A stretch of DNA of 64,000 bases from Epiperipatus broadwayi (lineage: Eukaryota > Animalia > Onychophora): assembly GCA_028023455.1 (NCBI GenBank), contig JAQFVV010000003.1, positions 19,158,001-19,222,000 on the forward strand. The letters are read 5' to 3'. The notes beneath the pieces are model-generated. The model searched no databases. It saw only the letters and a program-made list of their open reading frames with translations, and was not told where the DNA came from. Shown here piece by piece: positions 52,231 through 64,000 of the stretch. Made by a program: the position numbers and the translations under genes. How positions within the stretch are numbered: position 1 is the stretch's first letter; each line of letters opens with the position of its first letter.

Positions 52231-52949
52231 TCAAACTGCTATTGAATTTGTTCTGTTAACAATAACTTTATTCTTTTTTATACTCAATACATTAGTTTAT
52301 GTATTTATTGTTTTATTTTCCATTTTTCTGTATGTCTATGTTTTAAAAGTTAATTGTTTTTTTATTTATTTTCTGATTATCAGAACAATTTTTTTTTAGA
52401 GATTCAACTCTAAATAAAAGCATAATGTTATATATATATATTGAATACATGTTTCTAATTATGTTGTCATAGAAAAAAAATCTTTATTTCTAAATCTATT
52501 CAGTCTATTTTATAATTTTATCTCTTGGGTTTATTGTCATTATTTTATATAGTCATTAATCACTAAATTACTTTAGCATCAATTATGACTTGTGGAGATC
52601 CCCATATTATAATCTTTTTGTACATTATTTTTGTTCATGTACTTCCTTCACATATAATTAATATTCTCTTTGGCTGACCAACTTTTCTGTTTACTTTCTG
52701 CTTTATAATTAAATACTGACTTCTGGTAATTATAAATGACATTTCCGAAATGATCAAAACTATGATTGCTTAATGCCCATTTATTTCAAACATTGCTTAC
52801 ATTATGGTTCCTGGAATTGGAAGAAAGATGTACATAATGTGAATTAACCTTCAAAAATGAATGTGATGGATGTAAAAAGAAAGTTGAAACTGTTTGGTAG
52901 ATTATAATTTAAATAAATAATTTTTAATAAAAAAAAAAAAGTCAAGCTA

Positions 52950-54230
52950 CCATATAAATGAAAAAATAGGATGCTTGAAAGAATGGAAAAACAATACTTT
53001 ATCACTTGCTGTGAGCATTGTGACTTCTCCTTATACGGAGTCAGGAATCTCTCAGCAACTATGTCCAGAGAAACCTGTTAGCCACTTTGACTTTCCTTCC
53101 CATTTCCCACCCCAAGTTTTCCCACATTCTTCTCTATCCTGCTCCATCCCATTTCCACAACATAATTTTTGTCAACTCCATGGCCTTTATATCTAAAACC
53201 CCCTTATCTTTTCCCAAACCCAGTTTAATAACCAATAAGCCACTTTTTGTATAATCACTTTGTTTATATTTATTCTTCCACAACTTCATTATTTGTACTC
53301 TTTCTGCTTTCAGGCATTTACATTCAATTAGCAGATGCCTAATATTTTCTATGCCTTCCTTACACAACTTGCAGACTAAATCACCCATATTTTTCTATTT
53401 GTGTATATTCCCTTGTTGCTAAAGATCCCGTTCAAGCCTTAAACAGTAAACTACTTTTTTTGCTATTATCATAAATTAACTCACACCCAGTATTCTGTTT
53501 ACTTCTATAAATATTTAAACTCTTTTTATTATCCATACTAGCACTCCAACTTCTTATTCTTTATTAATGCATCTATTCTTCTATTCCATTCCTTAACACT
53601 ATAACACTCAACAATTCTCCTAACACAATCATCCCACCTTTTGTACAACTATACTGACATAAATTCCTTATCTAAATCTTTTGCATATCGCATTACTTTT
53701 CACACCCATTTTGTTGCCTGTCCTTTATTTATAACCCAATTAAATACTATTTTGGCTATTCTTTTATTATCCATAAACTGCAATTTACTAAACATTTTCA
53801 TTTTGATTTTTGCATCTCTTATATAAAAACTTGACTATCCCATTTCTCCTTGAATTGCCTCCTTTGCCATCCATACTTCTGCATCTAATGCATGTCTTCC
53901 TATTTCTTTTTGCACTTTTTCTAAGTAATCTAATACCCCTTTACTAACACATAATGCATCATTACCTTATATTAACTCCGCTACTGCCACTCCTATACAA
54001 TTCCAGCTACATCATATTTATTATACGAGAACACTATTAATTTCGTTATCAATCCCTTTCTTTTCTTTGCTTCATTTGTCAATTTTTTCTCCCATTCGTC
54101 CAAGCAATTTCTCTGATTACTGTACTTAAGACAATTCACTTGTGCACTGTGACTTCTCTTTAAACTTGTTTATTGCATGATCTGGGCTGCCATCTATTTA
54201 AATGGATAATATATAAATATTATGCTCCTG
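52950..54230 (-). mobile_element. 3' fragment of a LINE with C-terminal CCHC knuckle
   Basis: ORF 53134-53388 LVCKLCKEGIENIRHLLIEC and decayed post-RT sequence. Purine-rich on the minus strand, like the 20.6-21.8 kb segment. Boundaries approximate. Confidence 0.7.
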
Positions 54231-54913
54231 ATAAAAAAAATTATCCATTTTCTATTTTATCTATATGAAAACTGGGATAAATGTGTACTGAAGATGGTTA
54301 ATAATAAAAGTAATAAAAAGGATAGGAGAATAGTTTCACCAACAAAAATCAAAGAGATAACATATATAATAAATAAAAAAATTGGATATATAATGAAATA
54401 AGATAACAGAAATAAATCATTTTAAGATACCAATAAAGAAAGATTGATTTTTAAAACTCATATGAATGTAATTATAAATTGAATGCCATGAAGGAATTGT
54501 TTTAAAAAGTTATGAAAATATGAAAAATAATAACTTTATTACTAGAATATAGATAGATTCAAGCAGAAAGAATGCAAATAATGGTTATAATTTAAAACTA
54601 TTTAATAAAGTGTTATTAAGAAGAAACTATTATTCAGAGAAGATCATATTAGTGTGCGGCTTTAGTTTCAAATAATAATAGACCCTAATAATATAAACCC
54701 CTAGATAGACTTTAAACATCACCTCAAAACATATACCATTTACCACTGGTTATCTATTTTAATAATTTATATGTGTATTGCACTAAAGTGTGAGAATTAA
54801 ATGATTTCTTTATTGTGGATATCTAAATAAAATATATAAGTAGCACATAGGGATCATTTTGATGAATAATAAATGATATTGAATTGATTCCTTATATAGT
54901 GTTATAAGTATTA

Positions 54914-54993
54914 CACAGAGGCAAAACTCCATACAATAGCACCACTCACTAAACAGCTTGTGTAAGTATAAAGAATGGTAATCAAGTGATGTT
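54914..54993 (+). mobile_element. 80-bp mini-element of family B
   Basis: CACAGAGGCAAAACTCCATACAATAGCACCACTC followed by a tail ending GTAATCAAGTGATGTT. 17-bp TSD with 1 mismatch, TAGTGTTATAA(G/A)TATTA, at 54897-54913 and 54994-55010. Confidence 0.75.
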
Positions 54994-55979
54994 TAGTGTT
55001 ATAAATATTAGAAGGTTATAATTTTCAATTTGGAAAATTGTTGTTGATATTAATATTTTTTTGTTGATGTCAATGTTTGTTTTTTATGTATAAAATGTCA
55101 TTAGGAATAATAATGAGAGATGCATAAAGGCAAACCAAGAGAAGTTATTATATGGATAAAAAGAGAAAAGGGAGACAATTGGGCATTAATGCTAAGTAAA
55201 TACTTTTAATGGACATTCTCAAAGAAAAGAGAATTGAAGCAGTTACTTCAAGATGACAGTTGAGTAAGGGAGAGAATAATAATATAATAAATAAATAAAA
55301 GAAAATGAAATAGTTTTTCTTTAAAATTAATAATTCTTATAATTACATTTTATAGGTAAATAAGAATTGTTAAAATAAAGTATAACTTTATCTTAATTAT
55401 GGATAATGGAGTCTGGTCATGAAGAAAGTATGTGTCAATATATTTATTTGGTAATATAAAAAGAAAATAATAAAAGGAAAAAAATCATTTTGATTAATTA
55501 ATATTTAAAAAAATATTTATGTATAAAATTTTATTTATTTTTATTTTCATTTATAATAATTAGTTTTGTTGATTTACGTAGTGTGCTAAATGAGAAAGGC
55601 AGGAAAGGAGAATAATCTAGACTCTTATAATAAAAGATAGCAGAAAAGTTTGTCTTCAGGAGTGATAATAAAACAAGAACATATATATATGTTTTAATTT
55701 ATGAACTTTTGAACAAAAGAAAATAATCGGGATGGTCTTAATCTTTTAAAAAATAACAGTAAAAATATTTTCATTGATTTTATATAAACGTATTTGAATA
55801 TATGTAAGTTTTCAAAAGACTAATTAAGAATAAGCATACACATTAAATAGTTGTATATTATTTATGGTGCACAAAATAAGTGCAAGTGATTATAAGAAAA
55901 AATTAGATATTTATTTTTATTTTAAGTATTTATCTTTATTAAACAATATATATACATAATACATATTTACAAAGGTTTA

Positions 55980-58900
55980 GTTATTTTTTTATAATCTCTT
56001 TTTGTATTTGATTACTTACAATTTATGTGCTACATTAATAAAATATATGTCCTTATATTTATGTCTTTATATTTATCTTAATAAACTTTGTTTCTTATTG
56101 GTCTGTCTTAATTTTATCTTTGGTTGGTTGCTATTATGCCTTTGTTTAATGCATATCTTCTTTTCATAAAATTATCTATTTCCATATTTCACATGCTGTA
56201 GGTACTGCTCCTCCCCAGATTTTGAACATTTGTTTTCTTGGTAAGTATTTTAAGCATTGTTTGAAGTATTTATCCCATCCTTTGTCAAGTTTTTTTATCC
56301 AATTATATTTTTTATTGTCAAATATTAGTGTACATCTTATTTCCCATATTGTTCTAATTATGTGGATAAGTACCATAGCATTGTGTGGATCAAATCTCTT
56401 GATGTGTTTGTTAATCATATCTTTTAGATTAATGATTGGAGTTTTGAATACTTTTATCCTTATTTGTTTAAATGCTCTACACTATTTGACCAGGTGTACG
56501 ATTGTCTCTTCACTGTCCTTGCAGGTTGAACACCCTAGCTCTAGATTCATATGTAGTTTTTAATTTAAAAACATCATGGGGTGTATCCCATTTATTAATT
56601 TATAGATGGTTTTCATGTATTTTTGGGGTGTATAGATTGACTGAAAGTTTCTTAGACCTTTACTTACGGATATGTTTAGCCATGATTTTACCTGATAATT
56701 GTTACTTTTTTTAAGGACACTGTATTTTAGCCCTTCTAAATTAGACATATTTAGCTCATCTTGTAAGTCTTTATATGTTATAAGTAAATCAACAACAAAG
56801 GATCTTGTTTCTTTTTCCATCTTTTTATACAATTTTATGTCGCATTCTGGTGGGTTGAAAGTCTTACTCTTTATTATATTTATTAGAGTTTTTGCTTTAA
56901 TAAATGACACATATTTTTTTAGATCTATTATGTTGAGTCATCCTTTATTAATTGGTAATTGTAACATTGCCATTGATATTATTTGGATTGTACTTCCCCC
57001 AATGAACTTTTTTGCTATTCTATTTATTTCATTTACTATATTGTTGTATAGTTTATCCAAGGGCCGTAGTAACTTATTATTCCTGTGGCCATTCCATTAA
57101 ATATTTTGGTTCTAGTCACTTCATATAATTTTATAAATGAAAGTTTATTTATTTTTTTGGCTATTTTGTGAAAGATTAGCTTGTTTAGATATCTCCTCAT
57201 CTTTGTTTTACATTGGTATAAAGGGATTCCTAGGAACATTGATGGATTTGCCTGGAAATCACTGGGAATTTTTTTGCCAGTTGCTAATTGCCATGTGGCT
57301 GATTTGGATGATTGTATTATTGATCTTGTTGTTTTTTAATTTTTCGAATATGTCTATAATTATTTGCATGTTGTAGATATCTTGGAATATAATTATCATG
57401 TCATCAATGAATGCAATTGTTTGAATTTTTGCACTCAACTGTGGTAGATATATGCCTGGAACTTTGTTTTGTATTTCTTTAATCATTGGGTCCAAATAAA
57501 TTGCAAAATCCTTGTGGGATTCCCTTTTTGGGAATAAAGGGGTTAAATTTTCTCATATAATTTTTTAAGGATATACTGCCATTACTTAAGTAATTTTCAG
57601 TTGCATTTACCATATATCTGTGTTCAGATACTAGTTCATTTATTGCATTTATTAAGTACGACCAATTAACTAATCAAAGACTGATTTAAAATCAACTATG
57701 ATGACATAATATTGAGTTGGTTTTTGCTCTTTCACATATATTATTGCTTCTTGGATCCCGATAACTGCATTAACTGCTCTTTTTTCTTTTATTGTATGGT
57801 GGGCTATTGAGATCTTGGAGCTCACTAACTTGTGCAATCTCTTTAGTAGTATTCTTGATAGAATTTTAGAGTCTATATCCTCTATTGATATATACCTCAT
57901 TTCTTCTATTTTAGATATCTGTATCAGTTTGTCTTTTTTTAGGCTAAATACCACTCTATTAATCATATATGGCCAGTTTATTCTTTCTCTACACATTTGG
58001 TTGCATAAAGAATCAATAAACAAAATTAAGACAAAAATAAATGCTGAAAGAATAATTGAAGAAATAATAGATAGAGAACTCAAAAAAGTCTTAATTGAGA
58101 ATGAATATATGTCATAACTTAATAACACTAAATATAAGGGGTTTAAATTGCCCAAATAAAGTAAATAAAATAACAGATTATATAAAGAACCAAGAATATG
58201 ATATAGCTATACTAACTGAGACAAAAATAAATCTGAATACATCCCAGTCAATAATAGATAAGTTGTCCCATCAGAATATTCTAATACATAAAGCTAACAT
58301 AAGACCAGCGCAAGGAGTAGCAGTGCTAGTTAACATAAATTCAGAAATAGAATCATTACAAATACTATCATTACAAACAAATTTTATAATAATCTATCTT
58401 CATCAAAGAACTATACACTACTTAATAACAGTTTACTCAACAACAAAGGGTAAGGATATTAAAAAAGTCATAGAAAATATACAAAACAAACTTATACAGA
58501 ATCCAGAAATAATAATACTAGGAGGAGACCTAAACTGCACATACAATAACATATCAAACCAATTTAAAAATAAAATGCAAGAAATACCATTATACCCCCT
58601 ACAAGACAAATATGAAAATGGTGATACATATTTTTCAATAGCAGATATACAATGCTAATTGATCTATTTTTTGTCTCAGGATACAAAGCGAATGAATCAG
58701 TAATTACAATATCCATGGTTGGTTTCTCCGATCACCTAAAAGTACAGCTGAAAATCAATGACTACAAAATAAATAGAAAACAATATATATTTTCAATAAA
58801 CAAAATAATAAGAGATGATATAAAATTAGAAATTGATCAAATATACTAGTGACCCTACACTACTATATGTATGAGACCAAGTTACCACCATGCATTGCCT

Positions 58901-59120
58901 GGTATAAAATAAAAAGAAATATCCGAAGAATGCAAAAAAGCATCACAAAGAATTTTAACTAATAAACAATTGAAAAATCGAGTAATAGAAATTCAAAACC
59001 TACTCCAAGATCTTAAAAAACTAAAACCAAATCACCATTTAATTTTGGACTTACAAGAAGAGCATGATAAAATATATCAATTACTAAAAATAGACATTCA
59101 TAAATATTTATGTCTATTTT
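55980..59120 (-). mobile_element. L1/Tx1-like LINE with 5' inversion (RT on minus strand; ORF1 end and APE on plus strand)
   Basis: Minus strand ~58010 to 56170 carries RT (VDFKSVFD, IAFIDDMII, FLGIP) and a zinc-knuckle remnant (TCKDSEETIVHLVK.C). Plus strand from ~58010 to ~59100 carries an ORF1-like end (..NEYMS*) overlapping APE (ITLNIRGL, ILTETK, ILGGDLN, LIDLFFVS, SDHLKV). Outer boundaries approximate. Confidence 0.85.
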
Positions 59121-60460
59121 AACTTTACAACTGATTATACATATATCAAAATTGAGATAGAAGTGTGTAAAATAAACTTTATTTTATGAAACTGGGCATT
59201 ATTTATATATTGTCAAAGAGATATTTGATTTTCATGGTCCTCATTTATTTACTTCATTAATCATTAAAGAATTAAATTGTATACTAGAAAATCAAGACCT
59301 AAGATATCAGCATTTTATGTGTAAGGTTAAACAGATATACTATTGTATAAGCTGTGCAAACTTAGAGAAATATATTTTATTTATAAGATAATTATAATAT
59401 GTACTATCCACTATAATGTTGCCTATGAATATAGCAGTATTTATTTGTCAATCAGAATATAAGTATAAAAAAAATATTTTTTATAAAAGCAAAATGAGAA
59501 GTATATGTGATCTTGATAGTATAAAGATGTTTTCTACTTTAAAGATAATAAAATTGAATGGCATAACAAGGCAAATATTTTAGCAAAAATTTGGGAAATA
59601 AGCTTAATCCTTGGTAATTTATAATCCATGATTCATTTTAATTATTAAAATAATCCTACAACTATATTGTAAAAAAAATAACATGTAAAATGGATAAAAT
59701 GAGTTTTTTTGCGTATTATGGAGAAGACAAGCTAGAGATTAGAGTAACTGGTTTAAACTAGGAAATATTTTCATTCTTCAATGGATTAACAGTGATTGAG
59801 CAGTATTAACCGGACTTCTGTCTTAAAAGGAAAAAAAATTCAAATGAAACCAAATCAATAAAAAAACACCAGCACACCAAAGCTTAGTATAAATATTTAA
59901 TGCAATGATTTTAGTAAGCTTTTGTATAAAAGTGTAAAATGTTTAGTAATCATCCATTAATATATTCTAAATTGTACCAAATTAAATATAATTTTGGTAC
60001 AAGGTTTAATTGGTGCCAATTTAATATGCACTCTATACCATTTTGGATACCGGAAAGAGTCTCAAAAGCATTGCTGTCACAACCAAGTGATAAAATATCT
60101 TAGATACTACCAACAAAAATAATAACAAGTGTTCCAGATATTCTGTCCAATTCAATAAAAAAATTGTAATTTTCATTAAAAAAACAAAACAAAAATGTCA
60201 TAGAAATAAGCATTATCAAAAAAAAAAAAAATCAAATTACTAGTGTAATAAAAAAAATCAAATATCAAAAAATAATATTAGCTTGAATGTTTGTGATGAT
60301 GGTATATTAGATGTGTTGGACTATTTCCATCATCTATCAATAAATGAATTTTAAACATTATTTAAATTTTTCAAATACAGATGTTAGTAATAATTCACAA
60401 ATAGACAACACAGGTTAGTAATTACACAATGTTTTGAGTAGTAGTATTCTTCACTTTTCT

Positions 60461-60530
60461 TCAGTTGGTTAGAGCGCTTATCTTAAAATTCAATATTTGA
60501 GAATCTGAAGGTGTAAGTTTGACTCCTAAC
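60461..60530 (+). other. tRNA-derived-like segment (A-box/B-box remnants) in the fold-back spacer
   Basis: TCAGTTGGTTAGAGCG matches a tRNA D-arm/A box and GTAAGTTTGACTCC resembles a T-arm/B box. There is no complete cloverleaf. Confidence 0.45.
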
Positions 60531-60539
60531 TAAATATTG

Positions 60540-60584
60540 ACACCTGAAGAAAAGTGGAGAATTATACTACTTGAAATATTGTGT
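60540..60584 (+). ncRNA. Minimal hammerhead ribozyme, family C (CUGAAGA type)
   Basis: ACAC CTGAAGA A AAGTGG-AGAATTATA-CTACTT GAA ATAT T GTGT. This gives a 4-bp stem I, 6-bp stem II with one extra A, ATAT palindrome and AUU triplet. Confidence 0.7.
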
Positions 60585-62469
60585 AATTACTAATCTGTTG
60601 TCTATTTGTGTGTTATTATTAACAAGTTGTTTGTATTTGAAAAGTTTAAAATTTTCTATACATTCAACATTTACTGATAGACGATGGAAATAGTACAACA
60701 TATCACATCAAAAAACAATATTTAGCAAATATTACTAGCGTAATCAACAAGAAATTGATAAACTAACACAAGTGCTTAAACTAAAGTATTTTACTTTTAA
60801 AATATATCAAATCTACAGCAGCAAAATAAATTATTAAACCAAGATATAAACAATGCTAAAAAGAAGAGGAAAAGGACTAATGGCTTTATTGCTCAGGAGT
60901 TTATAAGAAGTTTAAGCACCAGACTTACAAGTAACAATATATCAATCCCATGTTGGACACTTTACTGCTGTGCCAAATCACACTGAATACTAAAAAAAAA
61001 AAATTAGCATTCAATGAATCAGTTTAGAAAAATGTTAATATTTGACAAAATAAACAACTATATATGAAAAAACATTAAATTAAAACATCGAATACATGAA
61101 AACCTTCGAAAGAATAAAACATGCTTATGGTGACTGAATATAATTTGATATTTCATCAAGAATATTTTGTTAAACAATGTTTATATTATGATGTTTATCA
61201 TTAAATAAATATATTAAAATCCAAACATTATGGATATTTTGTTAAATGAAAAAAAAAATCAGTAACTTTTGCAAGACAAAAAAAAAAGTGGAGAGGGTGG
61301 AAAATTTTAAAAAAATTAGTGAATAATATTTGATCAGAAAAAACAACAAATTATTAACATCTATGAACAAATGTAAGCCACACGTAATATTAAAATTAAT
61401 TTTACAGCTAATAAATAAAACTATAAAAATATTACATATGATTTTAACAAATTTCAAGAACAATAGTCCAGCAAATATTAATATTTGACTAAAAAACAAA
61501 CCCTCAAAACTAACATCTACTAATGAACATAAATCGCACCTAATAAATATCAAAATTAATAAATAAAAACATTACACACAATATAAATGCATTTTTTATT
61601 ACCTCAAGGTGTACAAAGTTATGTCCCACTAACAAACATGATGAGAAAACAAAGTAGAGAAAAAATTCACAGTGACACTTGTAGGGATTCACTTTTGACC
61701 TTGATGATTTCAGTTGGCACTTTATTATGAACTGATCAAAATATATGGGGTAGTTTGTTACTGTTTTTGGCAATATTATTTAAGATCTTTTGTTGTGCCA
61801 ATGGTGGCTTTGTTATGCCCCCCCCCCGTGTCCAAAATGGTATAGAGAGCATTTTAATTGTTACCAAATATATCCATAAGAATCATGTAATTATTAAGGT
61901 AAGTAATACTTTTAATGTCTTGTCTCCCTTGGACCACATCCCCACTGATTTTAATTGATTTGTTATCTAGTTGTACTGTAAAGTGGCATTAGGTAATAAT
62001 TAGCATATCTGAGAATAAATGAAAGCTTTTTTTTTTTGCTAAAAGTGGAAATTATTGTTACATTATTATGTACAGAAGTAAATATTTTGTATTCTCAATT
62101 CTTTAGTGGATTCATTAACTTTATAATATTGCCACAAATATTGTTTTTAACACATTTTTTTGCATCTAATGGTCATCAATTGATGAAATCTAATGAAATG
62201 TAATCATTTTAGAAACTTCTTTCAAATAATAGTATTATCTCATACAAGCAAATAATTGTGAATAGAATTTTCATTCATTTAAAACTAAAATTTACTTACA
62301 GAAGATTATTGAATGAGAAATGAATGATTCACTTTTATTTATTATACAGATCTAAATAATAATTTATTTATTTTATGTGGAATGCAATAAAAAAATTTGC
62401 TGACAGATGTAAATATTTTCTGAATTCTTCTTTCTCTACAAAAGCTGGATTAGGGAATGAAAGAAAAAA

Positions 62470-64000
62470 AACTGACAATTAGTGAAGTTAGAAGAAAAGG
62501 TGAAGAGATAATTGATTTAAAAAGTGGACATATACTCTATTATAAAGACACAAATATTGGAAATACAAGTGGAGTAGGATTCATTATAAATAAAAAGTGG
62601 AAGAACAATATTGTGGATTGATGGTGTATCAGACAGAGTGCCAAGATTAGGTTTACAACTTAATAGCAGATACCAAATGCAGATAATTCAGGTTTATGCC
62701 CCAACAAGTTCTCATAGTGATGAAGTAGTAGAAATTTTTATATGGATGTACAAAAGGCTTTTGATCAGAGTAAACAACATTTTAAATTTGTTATGGGAGA
62801 CTTTAATGCTAGAATTGGTAAACAAATGAAAGATGAAAATGCTGTAGATAATAGAAATGAGAGAGGACATAGACTTGTGGAGTTTGCAGAAAAAGAAAAA
62901 CTTTATATTATGAATTCTTTTTTTGAGAAAAATGTTAAAAGGAAATGGACATGGAAGCATCCAAATGAAGGTACAGCAGAATTGGATTATATTTTGACTA
63001 ACAGGAAATACATATTTCAAGATTGTAATGTTCTTAATAAATTTAACAAAGGAAGTGATCATCGATTAGTAAGATGTAAGATAAGTGTTAATGTAAAACT
63101 AGAGAGACAAAAATTATTAAGAAAAAACAATATTTACAGTTGATATTCCTAATCTTCAGAAACATTCTAATGAATTTAAATTAGAACTTACAAATCGGTT
63201 TCAAGTATTAGTAAATTTTGAACATGATTCAGATTTGAATGAAATTAATATGAAAAGAACTGATACACTTAAAAACTGCAACAAAGATAACGTAGAAATA
63301 AGCAGCAGTTGACAAAATTTCTACTGAGACTAGAAAATGTATGAAAAAAAGAAGGAATATGAAGATATACAAAAATGATGCATTAAAAAGGATTGAATAT
63401 CTCAAATTTTGTAAAATGGTGTGGAAAAGAGTTGAAAATGATAGAAGAAAGTATAACTGTGAACTAGCATGGAAAGCTGTAGAAGAAAATAAAAGTCTCA
63501 AGAATGTTAAACAACATTTTGGTATTAGTAGGAAATTTATATCTGCAATAAGAAAAAAAGATGGAATTATTACTAAAAAGAGAGATGACATCATGAAATT
63601 GGTAGAAGATTTTTATCAAGAATTATATAATAATAAAGAACAAGTACCTCCTATATCTATTACATCTCCCGAATTGTCCAGAATTTTAAATGAAGAAGTG
63701 AGACATACAATTAAATGTATGAAGAAAGGGAAGGCTCCTGGTAATGATGGAATTATAATTGATGTATTAAAAGAAGCAGGTGAAGAAATAGAATTTTTTT
63801 TAGCAAAGTTATATACCAAATGTCTAAATGATAAAGATGAACTGGATGATTGGAAGAATGCAGTAATAATACTAATATTTAAAAAAGGTGATAAAGAAGA
63901 TATTAGAAATTACAGACCTATCAGTCTTTTATCAGTTTTATATAAAAAAATTTACCAAGATAATTACAACTCGTCTACAGAGAACATTGGATTTCCACCA
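62470..64000 (+). mobile_element. RTE-clade LINE copy 2 (APE region to start of RT; runs off the window)
   Basis: Highly similar to 24560-26670 (QVYAPTS, GDFNARIG, ELDYILT, GSDHRLV, YRPISLL). It lacks the family B insertion. Confidence 0.92.

Larger units (their letters stand above)
60250..60730 (-). mobile_element. Fold-back hammerhead element, family C
   Basis: Inverted arms ~60275-60464 and ~60540-60730 with a ~75-nt spacer and A-rich tail complement at 60250-60274. 14-bp TSD with 1 mismatch, ATTACTAG(T/C)GTAAT, at 60236-60249 and 60731-60744. Confidence 0.78.

Noticed and set aside
60461-60530. Functional tRNA gene
   Set aside because: The 5' acceptor strand is missing and the anticodon and T stems do not pair. 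It is only tRNA-derived at best.
1-64000. CRISPR arrays, rRNA or prokaryotic operons
   Set aside because: None seen. The sequence is eukaryotic, with LINEs, an LTR element, a processed pseudogene and splice signals.

Overview
AT-rich, CpG-poor metazoan (probably invertebrate) genomic DNA dominated by decayed transposons. It has two intact paralogous genes with a single coding exon each (2503-4458 and 42686-44302). Each encodes three winged-helix/LOTUS-like repeats resembling the Egalitarian N-terminus, then 2-3 cold-shock/OB-like repeats, a Ser-rich linker and an Egl-like C-terminal QT motif (CQTVSTG[D/E]I). No exonuclease domain is visible, so they look like a new Egl-derived architecture. 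Second, the window is seeded with short TSD-flanked fold-back elements carrying minimal hammerhead ribozymes with palindromic stem III. They fall into three sequence families with at least 7 delimited insertions plus remnants, including a tandem retrozyme-like array. All share one layout: antisense copy, then sense ribozyme segment, then tail. Also present: a full-length DBHS (nonA/NONO-like) processed pseudogene with poly(A) and a 14-bp TSD; a Mag-type Ty3/Gypsy element nested in a TIR element nested in a LINE; RTE LINE copies; and an L1-like element with a 5' inversion. All calls were read by eye. No searches or folding programs were run, and boundaries marked approximate are estimates.
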